Source: Thalia democratica
Lineage: Eukaryota
Assembly: GCA_965202585.1 (NCBI GenBank)
Contig: OZ241828.1
Span: 17,856,001-17,920,000 of the forward strand
Direction of reading: 5' to 3'
Length of the DNA: 64,000 bases
This document shows positions 10,301-24,200 of this stretch, one piece after another. Position 1 is the first letter of the stretch, and each line of letters opens with the position of its first letter. The translations under genes and the position numbers were made by a program. The notes beneath the pieces were generated by a model. The model saw only the letters and a list, made by a program, of their open reading frames with translations, was not told where the DNA came from and did no database searches.

Positions 10301-12349
10301 GTGTAAAATAAATAGTCTATTTTCTAAATAGTATCAATTTTTTTTTATTATAAAATGTATTATCTATGTCTGGTGTACTACCTGACAAAAAGCAAGTCGT
10401 GTTTGTTATGCGCAAATTATAAGTAGTTTATAAAAAATATCACAGTAAAGTAATGTTCAAAAAATGTATAAATAATAGAAATTAAAAGTAGAACGGATTT
10501 TACATTAAAGTGTGTATTTTGATTTTAAAATTAGCCGCAATAAAATAAACTAAATATTAAATAAACTCTACTTAACAATTTATCTTTCAACTTGTCATAA
10601 GCAAAAAGCTAAATGTCTATTAATCGGAAGTTTGAAATAGTAGCTATAGCCAGTTAACATAAGCTTTAATTCTTTTTGAAAAAGATTCATTTAAGCACTG
10701 ACGATGTCTTTGACCGAAACTTAGTTTGTAAAATAAAATCTTGAAAGAATAAATTCATTATTTCTCCTATAGTAGCTAGTTAAGTGCTTTATCTGAACTC
10801 GAAATCGGTAAACTTAACATAATAATTCTAAAAGTTAAGTATTGAGTACACAGAGATTTTATAGAAACTAAATACCTATACAATAAAGATATCTTTAGAC
10901 CCCAACTAACATTATACAAGAAAGTATTTTTGTAGTTTTTTGTGTACGCAGTATATGTGTTTAAAGTTGTTTCAATTTAGTTGAAAAATAACCGAAAGGC
11001 TTGCGTTAAGTTTAAAATAACGAGCTGAAACAATTTTTTTATTAATTAAAATGACACAAAAGTTTCGTTGTTAAAATTTGTTGGTATACTGTAACTTTCT
11101 ACCAAAATTTATGTATAGTTTAGCAGTTTTAAATTAATCAAAGAGCTGCGTTTAAAGTTTTAAAAAAATACTTGGTATCCAGTTAAACTTCTCAATAACA
11201 GGTTCAGAATGATTAAGTAAAAACTAATAGATAATTTCTACTTATTTAAGCTATAATTTTCAGCTTCAAGCTGGGTAATAATTAAATTGTATTTTATCGC
11301 GTTCATGTGATTTCTTTAGCAAGTTTCTTACTTTTATAAGTTTATTATATAACCTCTAACTTATTTTGATAATATACTGCATTGACAAAAGTAAAAATAT
11401 ACAAAATACAACCAGGCTTGGTAGAAACAATTTCCAGCAAAGTTGCCATAAAAAGTGTCATTCGACTTTAGAACAAGTTAATTTCATTTATACTGTAGAA
11501 ATCAGATTTCATTATATAAAATTAGTAGCTTTTAACTTCCCAAGTTGCCAAAACACGACATTGTTAGAGTGAAAACTTGCAGTAGCTAATAACTCGTACT
11601 TTAATAGTGTTTATTCTACCAAAATTTAGTTTTAAAATAGGATATTTTAGTGATAGCTGCAGCCTGCAGTAATCTTATTCTTTATAAAGTGCAGCCCGTG
11701 AATAACTCAACATAGAAAAATGACTCTTTAATTGTCAAGTCTGCCAATTTAACTGATAAGGAAATGCTGTAGCTACATAACTTTTAATTGAAATTAACAC
11801 AAATTTAGTTTTTTTAGGAAAAATTCGTAATAAATTTTTGTTAGGTTTTCACACCAGAGCCCTACAGTGTTATTTGACGTGAGAACCTAAACAAATCACA
11901 ATATATTTTAATAACATGTTCATAGTTTATAAACAAGCACGAAGAAATTTGCAAAGCAGGTCCTTTTTTAAATACATACATGGACAGCAAAATATTTCAG
12001 TTTAAACGCCGTTGATCAAGAAAACAATAATTTTTTTGGAACCTTAACTACGTTCGTAAAATCTACCCTTCAGTCATGATATTAACAACTGCAAGACTAC
12101 CATGATGAAAAAACTAGTACATACTAATTATCTCGTTAAATATAATTAACCGAATTATGCTTATTAAACGTCTTGGTCTTTACCCTTTTTTTGTTCGATG
12201 CATATTCAACTTTTTATAACAACTTTAGTAAGGGGCTATTTCTTATCAGAATTATGCAGTGCACAAATAATTGTAAATACAAAACATTTAAATTGATTTT
12301 TCAACTTTTGTAACCTTATATTATTCTGTAACTTTATTTTAGATAAAAA

Positions 12350-15300
12350 ACAATTTATAACAGAACACAATTTATTTAATACACAAAAAAAACATAATAC
12401 TTGAAGATTGCATTCATTCCATGTTTTTCACACGTCCAACGTCAGCAACAAATGAAGACAATCGGAAAGACCTGTAAGAATAATATACAATTAATAAAAC
12501 GGAAAAATTATTGATGCTTTTTAAACTAAAAATTAGTAATATTTCATTTAATAATTAAAACACATTAGTGAACAGATGCCGTGAAAAGTGGCTAAAACTC
12601 AAATGTCAACGTAACATATAATAAAAATGCATCCTTCAAACTTGTAGCTTTTGCAGTCAAAACAACAGTTTATTAACAATTTACAAATAAAAAAATGCAA
12701 GCAAGCAATACAAACTAAATAAATTTATCAATTTTAATAATTAAACGTGTTCAAAGTTTAGATAAAATCATATAACTTAGCTATTAAATACCACAAAGAA
12801 ATAAATTATAGTTCTGTGAAACAAAATAGCTTCCACAGCTTCAAACTTTTTAATAACCTCTATTTCACAAGTACTATATTTTAGTCTCTTTAAAATTAAT
12901 TTTAGACTTGTAACAAAAATTATAGTAAAACAATAAAAAAACATACAAGTTTAAAATGTTAGCTACAAATTCTAAATGTTATTGAAAAATAACACCAGCT
13001 TTTTAATTTGACTTAAATCAGTTTATCTTAAAACTTATAAAATTTATACAAATGTAAACAACAAATAAATAAAGACGTTTGAATGATTAAAATTACCAAC
13101 ACTTTTTTTACTTTTAACAAGTTTGATTGAGCAATGCTTACAAATCTTAAATAACTTATTTTCTTTACAAAAGATAATAAGTACTCAAAAAATAAATTAA
13201 TAAAACAAAAATTCGAGTAAATTTGAAAAAATAATTATAACAGCAATCGAAACAAACGATATAAAATTTATAAATTATAAAATCTAAATAAGATAATTAG
13301 AAGGAGCATAGACTATTTAAAAGCTTTTTTTTTCAATCATAGTTGTCACAACTGTTATTAAATTTAGTAAATAAAAATTTATTTACATTAAAACAGATTA
13401 AAATATTATAATAAATTGGACAAAATAAAATGAGAAAATACTGCACTATTTGTTGGTCTAGTAATTTAAACAAATGTAATTTAATAACTCTCAAATTTGC
13501 TATGATACACCGCTAAGATAAACATTTTATTTAATTTTGGTTAAGTTAATAAATACATATTTTTTCTTTTTTTCAAAATAAACAGTCGATTTATAAATCA
13601 AAACTCTATTTAACTATATAAAACACCAAGCACTAAAGAAACACTTTGGATTTATTTAAAAAATTTCAGTATCAGATTATTTTTTCTATACGTTCAACAA
13701 AACAGGTTTTTAATTATTTGTAATTGTAATTACTTACTTATTGTTCCACTTCGCACAATTTATGAGATTTAGTGACAGAGAGGTCCACTGGTTCCGCATC
13801 AAGTGATTTGGCATCGGTGAACCAATTCAAGACACTGAAAAAAAATTATAAATATTACAATTCATAGAGTTGATTTAAACTGGTATTAAATATTTAGTAA
13901 AGCATTTTATTTAAACACAATAGATATATAGAATATGTAAAAATTTGTGGCCACATTGTTAAATATTAAGCATGTTCCATCACAATTGTCATTGTTTTCT
14001 TATGATTTCTTAATAAGATAACTAGCAAACTAAATTTCAATAAATTTCTTTAAAAATATAAAAACTAAGTATAATGTGCAACAGTTGTATGAAAAATGTT
14101 AGCAGGAATAATTAAAACGACATATTCTGTAAAAAAAGTTTTGAGGTTATTGTTCTGATAAGTTCAAATTTCTTAGTAAACTGAACTGTATACAGTAACC
14201 TCTCGCTTATTTACGCACATTGTGTCCACAGAAAAAGTGCGTAAAGATATGAAGGATCGTAAAGATACGAGAGGTATCAAATATACTTACTATAATGGCT
14301 GTTTTTTTATATTGCTTCTGGTTAAAAGCAGACTGGAGACTTTCCCATTTTTAACTATTTGTTTACTTTATTTATAAATATGAAAACAAAAGATAGAAAT
14401 ATACTTATATTTAAAAAAGGAAATTAAATTTTTATAAAACAATAGTACTTTTAAGGTTATAATCCAATTTTAAATAAATAACACTTGTAGAAAAATTCTA
14501 CTAATTTTAATAACAAGTAGATTTTATCTTTATATTTATTCATATGTGACTAGTTTTAATACTTAACATTTTATATTCTGTTCTACTTAGCAAATTCAAT
14601 TTATAATTGAGCATTGTTTACAATTAAGAAATGCTGTGGTGTTTATATTAAAATGTGCTTATATAACCTTATAGAAAAATATGCATTTGGTGCTATAATA
14701 GATTTCTTCTTTTGAATATTAGTATATAAAGAATAAGAAAAATGTTTAATAAAAATTGTTTGTTTTACAACAATTTTTTTTTAATTTGACCTTTGTCAAC
14801 AAAAGGATAAACTTGTCTTGCATGGAGTGCACTTTTTGCTAAGAAGTTTCATTTAATTTCATTTTTTGATGTTTATTCATATAAAGGGCAAGAGTGCTGT
14901 ATTATTTATCTGTGTCTTAAACTCTTATTATTCGAGTTTACTTTCATTATTTGACAAAGTCATATTTCTTACAGAATTTTAATTTAATCTCTTATTGTTA
15001 ACAACATTTCTGATATACTGAGGTATAACTAGATGTTTATCAACTTAGTAAAGGAACATAAGTTTACAAAGTCTAAAGATATATAGAGGTGAGTTAGCAT
15101 TTAAAAATATACAATAAACCTAACTTCAGCAATATTAAAAAAAAAAAGATCTTTTTAGAATTCTAAAATGCGTAACTAAACGAGAGTGCGTAACGTCACG
15201 AGTGCGTAAAGATCCGAGAGGTTACTGTAATTATTTCTTGACATTCAGATTAAAATGTCAAGTTGACTAAAAGCTTTGTAGATTGTTGTAGATGAAAAGT

Positions 15301-15496
15301 TTATAGAAGTTCAAATGACCAATTTTTAGAGAGCATATTTTTCTTTTATAAACTTTGTAAATTGAAACTGTGAAAAACACTCTTAAAAGTATTATTAATT
15401 TTAAACAACTAATTTTGTAATATGTACTATGATTACTTAATTTAAACTACTGATATGAAAACACACTGTTCAAATATTACTTACATTTCAGGCCAC
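12350..15496 (-). other. 3' part of an unannotated spliced gene: exon A 15496-15485 (12 nt), exon B 13834-13738 (97 nt, ends in TAA), exon C 12471-~12350 (3'UTR, AATAAA at 12376-12371)
   Basis: Minus strand: ttgttcaatacag|GTGGCCTGAAAT|gtaagt, tttttttcag|TGTC...CAATAA|gtaagt and ttattcttacag|GTC. A and B are phase-compatible and read WPEIVLNWFTDAKSLDAEPVDLSVTKSHKLCEVEQ*. Confidence 0.6.
14193..15227. mobile_element. Non-autonomous Tc1/mariner (pogo/Tigger-like) MITE, 1,035 bp
   Basis: TA|CAGTAACCTCTCG...CGAGAGGTTACTG|TA: 13-bp perfect TIR extending to ~26 bp (TTTACGCAC) with mismatches, TA target duplication, subterminal TGCGTAA repeats, no transposase ORF. Confidence 0.9.
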
Positions 15497-18400
15497 CTGT
15501 ATTGAACAATAAATTTTACTACTATTTTTTATGCTTTACTACACCACTATACATATTAAACACAACATTATAAGATACTAAGTTTTACAAGTACTATATT
15601 TTAGTCTCTTTAAACTTAATTGTAGATTTGTATACAATATATACAAGTTAACATGTAATAAAAAAGCATCCAACAAACTTGTAGCTTTTGCAGTCAAAAC
15701 TACAGTTTGATAAAAATTGACAAAAAATTAAATGCAAGCAAGCAATACAAACTAAATAAATTTATTAACTATAATAATTATATGTGTTTAAAGTTTAAAT
15801 AAAATCATATAACTTATAAATAAAGACGTTTGAATGATTTAAATTACCATTTTATTGAAATTAACAACACTTTTTACTTTTAACAAGTTTGTTTGAGCAA
15901 TGCTTACAAATCTTAACTAACTTATTTTCCTTTCAAAAGATGATAAATACTCACATAATTAATTTACCAAACAAAAATTCGAGTTTAAATTATTAAAATA
16001 GAAATCAAAACAAACAAATGAAATTAATCAATTATCAAACCTAAATAAGATATTAGAAGGAGCATATACTATTTAAAAGCTTTATTTTTTAATCATAGTT
16101 GTTGCAACTGCTAATAACTTTTTCTCTACTAAATTTAAGTACATTAAAACAGTTTAATATATTATAATAAATTTGACAAAATTTACATTGCTCAATATGA
16201 GAAATTACTGCAATATTTGTTGGTTTAGTAAGTTAATCATATGTAACTTTAATAGTTATCAAGTTTGCTATGATAGACCGCTAAGATAAACATTTTATTT
16301 AATTTTGGTTAAATTAATAAATACATATTTTTCCTTATGTTCAAAATAAACAGTCGATTTATAAATCAAAACTCTATTTAACTATATAAAACCCCAAGCA
16401 CTAAAGAAACACTTTGGATTTATTACAAAAATTTCAGTATCAGATTATTTTTTCTATATGTTCAACAAAACAGTTTTTAAATTATTTGTAGTTGTAAATA
16501 CTTACTTATTGTTTCACTTAGCATAATCAATGAGATTTAGTGACAGAGAGGTCCACATCAGTGATTTGTCATGGTCAATGATTTAATTTAAGAACAGAAA
16601 CTGAAAAAAAAACAAAGTTATAAATAATATAATACATAAAGTTGATTTAAACTGGTATTTTTATTAAAATAGTCATGTGTGTGCATGTCTAACAACTTAA
16701 GTAAAGTACACACAACTGTTTTGCAAACAGACATTATAAATTTGTATAAAAAAACATAAAAATATTACTTTTAATAAATGTGTTTTATTCATTATAAATA
16801 CAAACAAGTTGGTTTACATTAAAAAAAATTCTCATAGTATAAAAACAACATTGCCACTCTTTAAAACAAAAAACTATCCTTAGTGACCTTGTACAGTCTT
16901 AAGTCATCCTGTGCTTTTTTTCAAATCATATTAAAAATCTTAATTTAATTGAAATAAACTTTTCAAATCAATATAAATCATGTTTTAAAATAAAACAGGT
17001 TATAAAATATCAAAACATTGTTACTGGACCAACTTTATCTGTATCAAGATCTAGAAAAAAACTAGCCTAAGACTTTTAAAAACATAAAACTATTTTGAGT
17101 TGTCCTTACTCAACCTTAGTTAGATTTAAAAAATTTAAACTCTGCTGAACAATATTGAGTATTTTGAATGTATGGCAAGCATGATACAAAATACTTATAA
17201 ACTTTTGGTAAAAATGAAAAGTATTCTTAATTTGATCTATTTTTATAACATTACACTTATATAAAGATAAAATGTTTTAAGAACAAGTGTTGCTTAAGAA
17301 AAAATTAATTCTATATATTTAGATATATAAATGTAAAAGTACTGGGTGTAAGGGACTGGGGTGGGGGCTTATAAATTTATATGTTCATCTGTTTACCAGA
17401 GGTCTTAATCACTTTATCTACTTTATAGATAGCTGATGTATCAATTAAATGTTATTTGTCATCAGTCACCTAAAGGTTAGAATTTTTTCTATACCCTTAA
17501 TAGGTTTTAACCAAAACGCTTTGTTGAAATTTTAGCATGGGTGCCATACTTTCAGAAAAAAAGAATAGTTTAAGTTTGTGTATCAGGTTAAAACTTTTTT
17601 TAAAAACTTGTAAATAGTTATATAAAATAGTTATTTACTGCTATGATCAAATTATATGTTAATGAAACTAAAGCTTTTAGCTTTTGTGTTTTACGAGGTA
17701 AAATGTATTATACTGTTATCTTAATCTTCAAATTACATACATGGTTTGTCTTATAGTATGGCTCTGTTTGATATATAAGAGTTAAACAACTCTAAGTTGT
17801 AGTTAATAATACTATAATTGAAATATACTCACCACTGTACTATACCAAAAACTTGCAGAAATAAATTTATTGGGTGGATTGTATAAGAAGATATTCTTGT
17901 AAACAAACTTTCAAAACACTAGGTGCTTATTTCGTTTTAATAAGTATTCGCTGTTCAAATACTAGTCATATCACTTACAACAGTATTGAGTATTGACATT
18001 CTATATGAAAAATATTAACTTTTTTTATAACCGATAAATATCAATATGTACGGAACCCAATTTACAAATTAATTAAAAAAAAAAAACGTTTAAAATAACC
18101 AATCTATACAATTAAAAATCAAAAAAATTAAATTCTTGCAATATTCACAAATTTAAACATACTATCAAAAAATTACAAAATGTTAAATTTGACTAATAAA
18201 ACTAGGTTTTAATAAAAACATTTTTAATAGATTTCTTTATAAAAATTGTTACAACAGAAGTATTTATTTTTACATCTATAAAACTCGCACAAATAAACGT
18301 TTTAGAACGTTTGTATAATGTTTCAATTTTTTTTTTTAAATAGAGTAGTTTTATCCGTGAAAAACTATGTGGATGAAAGTTAAACTTCAAAACAGGAAAA

Positions 18401-19801
18401 GAAAGCAGTTACTAGTTAATGTTATATTTACCAGACCAAAAAAGTACAGAAAAACAAGTTTAATATTTTTTTGTTTAACAATACATATGGTTGAAAAAGT
18501 TTAATTTTTGCTTCAGAATTTAAAGAATATTAAAATTTATTTTTGGAATTTTTACATAACAGTTTATACCATATATTTTTAAATTTAAAAGCGTCAATAA
18601 ACCTAAACAAGTTAAAACGTCTTATTTTTGTATTGTATGTCTATAAAAATAAACAGTAGTTAAGTTGGTGTCTATTGTTAATGTTATTTTAGTTTATAAA
18701 CTTTTCAGTTGTTGGTTTTATAAGTATGCATGTAAAACCGCGGTTATTTTTCTTAATGATTTTTGTAAAAAAAATATCTTTAAAACTTAACTTTTATCAA
18801 TACTTGTGCAAATGATATAAAAACTCCAAACTTAAATATTAAATTAATTCAATAACTGCTTACTTAGATGCTTTAAACAGCTTTCTTATGATATGATTAT
18901 GATTTACTAAACTTAAGTAAAAGAAAAAAAATGTAGCATAATAAAGTTAAATAAGCATTTGTAAGCAAATTTTAAAATTTTTCTAGTAACTAATATTGTT
19001 TCAAACAAAAAAGTTTATGTAAAAAAAAAAATTACAAAACAAATAGTAAAAACTTTTTTAACTTTTTATATCATATATCAATATAAAACACAGCAAACAG
19101 CTTGATGAGTAGTGATGACACGACAATAAAGGAATTGCTTATTTATGGTTGATACTCATTTTTTCTTAAAAGTTTTATCTTCAATTTACTACTCTTTGTA
19201 TTAGCACTTATACATGCTACCTTTTGTTAACTTCTTACACTTAAATAATGATTTAGCCGCCACTAATAGCTGTAATAGTGCACCAGGTAGTAGGTTAAAT
19301 GAAATGCTAAGTAGGTGGGGAAGTAGTGGTCACAAAACTTCGGCAACAAGTAGTCCAAGTAATTGAACTATTTGTAGTCCAAGTAGTTGGACAACCTGTA
19401 GTACAATTAATTGAACAACCTGTAGTCCAAGTAAATAAATGTTAAATAAAAATGGTGTACATTAATTTTTTTTTCATACAAATAGATTTGAAATAATGAC
19501 CAACAAAATTCAATAGGATTATATCGGCTAGATCCGCATAGTAATTACTAATTGGGATACTGCCAGATCCAGATATAAAAAGGGATTATCATGCTTGATC
19601 CGGTATATTATTAATTTGAACAGCCCCGTCAAGGACAAATTTTATCTTGAATCGAACCGCCGATTAAAAACGTTGTCCACTTTTATACTAAACTAAAAAG
19701 AAATTTTGTAGTACTAGTAAATAAAGTTTAATAAACACTTAAACATTTCGACAAAACACTTTATTACTATATGAACACACTTTTGCATACAAACAGATCT
19801 T

Positions 19802-21206
19802 TTATATCGATATGGTTTCTAAGAACCATGGCACCTTGACGCACGAAAACCTATCTTTTGTTTGCATGGTCGCGCAGGGTTTTTTTCGACCATTCGCTCC
19901 CATCAACGTCGTAACAAGCAACGTACGGCTCTCCGCTTTGAAAAATTGCGATCACGCCTCCGAACGCCACCGCTCCGTGCACGGTCGTTTCCCACAGGTA
20001 AGGCGGCGATTTGATGGAAACGAAACTGCCGCCAACGTCGTCGAAAACCTCGCACTCTCCCGCTCCGTCCCCGAAAACATACAACTTTTGCCGCAAGGCC
20101 ACCGTGTAGTGACGGCCCCTGCAGCGGATCATGCTCGGCATTGCCAGCCACTTGTCGTTGGCGTGATCGTAACGCTCCGCCCAGTTCAGCCTCTTGTGTT
20201 GCTGATCCATACCGCCGGTGACCACGACCGTTCCGTTGAAAAGCGCGCACGCTGTCACTGCCCTCGCGCCCACCTTCATTTCGGCCAGCTCTTTCCACTC
20301 GAAGCCGGCCGTGTCCAGTTGCAAGCAAGAGCCGTGGACGGGGTACGGATATTCGGGAGACCAGCCCCCGAAAGTTAAAATTTTGTTGGCAACGGCGCAA
20401 ACGGAAAAGCTGTGGCGCGCGTCGAAGGCGTCTGCCACTTTCGTCCACGTGTTGTTGGCTGGTGAGTACATTTCAACGTACATTTCATAGTGCTCACAGC
20501 CATCTAAAACGTAAACTTCCCCTTCAATGCAAACTGCTTGGATATCATGTCGTTCTGCCAGCATGGGGGGAAGAGCTTCTGCGCTTTTAAAATCGCACAA
20601 CTGGATGACATCTCTGCAGTATTCGACGGGTTTAAAACCAGAGAGATACTTCAAATCTCCTAGAATTAGTAAGTTAGAACTTGCCCTATAAGAATAAAGG
20701 CTAATGCAATTGACTCCTAACTTATTACGAAAAAAAAGTTTTTGATCATGCAACACATCTTTGAACACTGTAATACCTTCATCAGTTTTGTAATACAATG
20801 AAGACTCACTGAAAAGTCTTTTTAAAACACCTTTTGGTAGTGAGTAAACACGTAGTTTTAACAAAAGGTTTTTGGCAAACTTACCACGTTCCTTAATTTT
20901 GTAAGTTAGCCAACTTTCGGCTGCACGAAGCACTAACTTTGCAAGTAAACTGGAACTTGAAAGTAGTTTTACTACAGAAATATATTCCAGTTCTAGAAAA
21001 CTTATAGTTGCAACTACCAAAGTAAAGCACTCTTCCATGAAATTGATGGAAAATTTCGAAATTGTTTTTAAATCAAAAACTTCTGCTAATTTATACAACA
21101 TAATTACATTTTTAGCAGAAAATTTTTAATTTATTTTATTGTACCATTCTCTTTCACAACTCGTTGTGGTGTTAATAAAAATCTTCTTCTGTTTAATATA
21201 AAACAT
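19802..21206 (-). pseudogene. Kelch-like copy 2, hybrid pseudogene
   Basis: Premature TAA at 21126-21128 (AAA GAA to AAT TAA), 9-bp in-frame deletion of ELK at 20933/20934, and T6 to T7 at 19880-19886 frameshifting the C-terminus. Confidence 0.85.
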
Positions 21207-24200
21207 AACTCCATTTTTACCCTAATTATTACCTTTAAAAGAAAGTTTGATTAACATACTTTTTGTAAATTATAAACAAATTGATTTAAAACTCTCAAGT
21301 TAGTTTTTAGTTGCTGATAGAATTTAGGTTATTTTACTATTTAACGTAAAAAGTAAGATCTTTTTAAACTTAATAACGTATACTACTGATCATAGTTTTT
21401 TTGGACTTTGGCAAATTTTATGTGTGTTATCTTGCTTGAGACACAGAAACATATTTAAGTTCAATAAAGAAAGTGTACTGTAAACATTTGTTGTTATTAT
21501 ATATTGAATAATATAAATGAATACTAGGTTATCGAAATTGAACTATTCAAATTACTTTTGAACTAATTTAAATTTTATATTTTAAATTATTAGCTTAACT
21601 GTATGATTAAATCAAAATATTTGAAAACAACTTTATTCTCCATTTTTCAATCCTTATGGAATTTAAAACTGTAACAGGATATCAACTTGATTACTGTTTA
21701 GATTTGGTTTGAAGTTTTGAGCTAAAAGTTAATTCAAGCGGTTAAGAGAAAGCTTGCAAATTAATATTTTATTTACTTATATATTATATAAATTTATATA
21801 TCAAATAAAATAATACTTAGGGCACTTTGTCATTTTTTAGCTGTGACTGTTACTGGTTGTATGTATTTCCTTTTGTTTATTATGTTTACCATTTCGTATT
21901 TTACGAGAGCTTGTTATGTGAAGTTTCACTAAAATTATGTGCTATAAAGTAAGTTATATGTTTATATAAATGAATAGCTTATTATAATTTGATAGTTTGT
22001 TTTTCATTAGAAGAAATAGGTAAATTAGTTAAACAAATAAATGAAGTTTAAAGTAATTGAAAAGTAAAATTACAAACTATTTGTTTACTGTAGTTTGCAT
22101 AGAAACAAAAAATGTTGTGAAAATTTAGAAAGAAATGCATTTGAAAGGGCATATTACGTAAGATGTATATTTTAAGAAAAAAAAATTTCGCTCAGTATTA
22201 GTGCTAAGCTTTTAGGGTGGAGGCGGGGACGTGGTGGTTACGGGAGAGCGACAGCGTGTGGTGAAAAACCCGTAAACTTTTTTAATATTTTTTTTTCTAA
22301 AGTCGATATGGTGCAATCTTGTGGATTTGCGACACCTAGCGGATAAAAAAATTAGAAATTTAACTTTGATTTTTATTTAAAATAAACTAATTTCGCGATG
22401 TGTTTAAAATTCGTAATCAATTAGGCAGTTTTACAATTTTTTTAGAATTCAGAGCTCAAAAACCTCGGGAACTTCTTTAAGATAATGGAAAGATTTACGG
22501 TTTTATATTTAATGAAAGATTAGCGTTATTATAATGAACTAAAGTCTAAGTTATAACAAGTTTTTCAAAGTCAACAAGTTAAACTGCGTATATTATAAAA
22601 TCTATGAAAAACTGTGAAAGTTTATTAAATTTTATTGCTTTGATTTTAAGTAAATGAGCTGTATTAAATTTATTTAAACTATAACAACATAAATAACAAG
22701 CTATTTAAAAACTAACATTAATTGAAGCAATTACAGCAAAAGCTAAACTACAAAGTAAAATTTCATTTTTAAGTGAACTAATTAATGTTTTTTTTTGAAT
22801 TCGGATAAACTTAATAATAAATGCATATTTCTAAGTACAACATTTCTAAAACAGCACTCATTACAGCAGATTAATCAAGGTAATGGAGTACAATACAAAA
22901 CCAGAAAAAGTTGGTTTGAATATTTATGTTAAGCTTAAAGCCTTGTGAAATTTTATATTTATTATCACGCTTCTATTACATAACTCGTAATTATTTGTCC
23001 TTTACAGTTCAAATAATATTTTTGTTTGATAGTACGATTGTTATAATTAACTGTAGCCCGCCTAAAACTTTTCTTCTATGTTCCGCGAGCAACTACTTCT
23101 AGCAAAATCGATCTAACACTTGTAAAAGGTTGCCGTACGCTCTACTTCACAAATGTATAGCAAATAGTTTTTCTTGTAAACATTATTGTTGTTTTCTTTT
23201 TAAAGTTTGCAGTTTGTTTTAACACGCTAAAACGTATTTTAAAAGAGCTATACAAAAAAGCTGTATCTTAAATCAAGAAAAGCTGTATAGAAATCAGTAA
23301 AAGCTTAGAAGTAGAGCAACGAATAAAACTTATGAAAAGTTGTTAACTCATGTTTGTTTGTTATTCAAAAAAAGAGATTTTTAAGTAAATTTTCTGTCTA
23401 TGTATGAACTCATGTTAAATTTATTAAAAGTTTACAATAAAAATGATTTTTTTTTTCATAGCTTACAAAAGTTTCAGTAATTCTTCCACTTTCATTAAAT
23501 ACTAACGTACAAAATTAAAGGTTCGTATTTAACTAAACATAAATTTTTTTGAATCAAACATTGTTTGTTTTTTCTCTGGTTGGAGTAAACTTTACATATA
23601 AATGCATATAGTTCCTAAAACAGTAGTCATTACAGTCATAAAAGCAGATTAAGCAAGGCGATGGAGTAAAGTACCCACCCAGACAAAACGGGTCTGAATC
23701 TCGGCAAAACTTATATCAAGCTTAATTTTACATTAAACTTTTATTATAATTATCAGGCTTTTAATCAAAATTTGTAACCACTTATCCTTTATAGTTTAAA
23801 ATCGTGTTTCTTATTGAATACAATTATTTCATGTAACTTTAGCCCGCGGAAACTTTTTATATATTCTGCTCGCAACTCTTCCTAAAAAGAATGGCCTTTT
23901 ACCTATAAAAGGTTGCCGTACCTTGTATTTTACTCGTGTAAAATAAATAGTCTATTTTCTAAATAGTATCAATTTTTTTTTATTATAAAATGTATTATCT
24001 ATGTCTGGTGTACTACCTGACAAAAAGCAAGTCGTGTTTGTTATGCGCAAATTATAAGTAGTTTATAAAAAATATCACAGTAAAGTAATGTTCAAAAAAT
24101 GTATAAATAATAGAAATTAAAAGTAGAACGGATTTTACATTAAAGTGTGTATTTTGATTTTAAAATTAGCCGCAATAAAATAAACTAAATATTAAATAAA

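Larger units (their letters stand above)
1997..15887. repeat. Segmental duplication, copy 1
   Basis: TTTGTTTGAGCAATGCTTACAAATC at 1997, 15888 and 29528. Collinear near-identity with 15888-29527; copy 1 is ~250 bp longer because of an extra MITE-like subunit near 5860-6090. Confidence 0.95.

Noticed and set aside
11366-11572. 68-aa ORF (and copy 25006-25212) as a gene
   Set aside because: Starts at TTG, no recognisable features; identity between copies only reflects the recent duplication.
18202-18390. 62-aa ORF (and 31841-32029); also 38200-38397 and 44808-44996
   Set aside because: Low-complexity K/F/I/L frames in AT-rich or TE-derived DNA; not preserved in copy 1 (18202) or lying across TE ends and hairpins.
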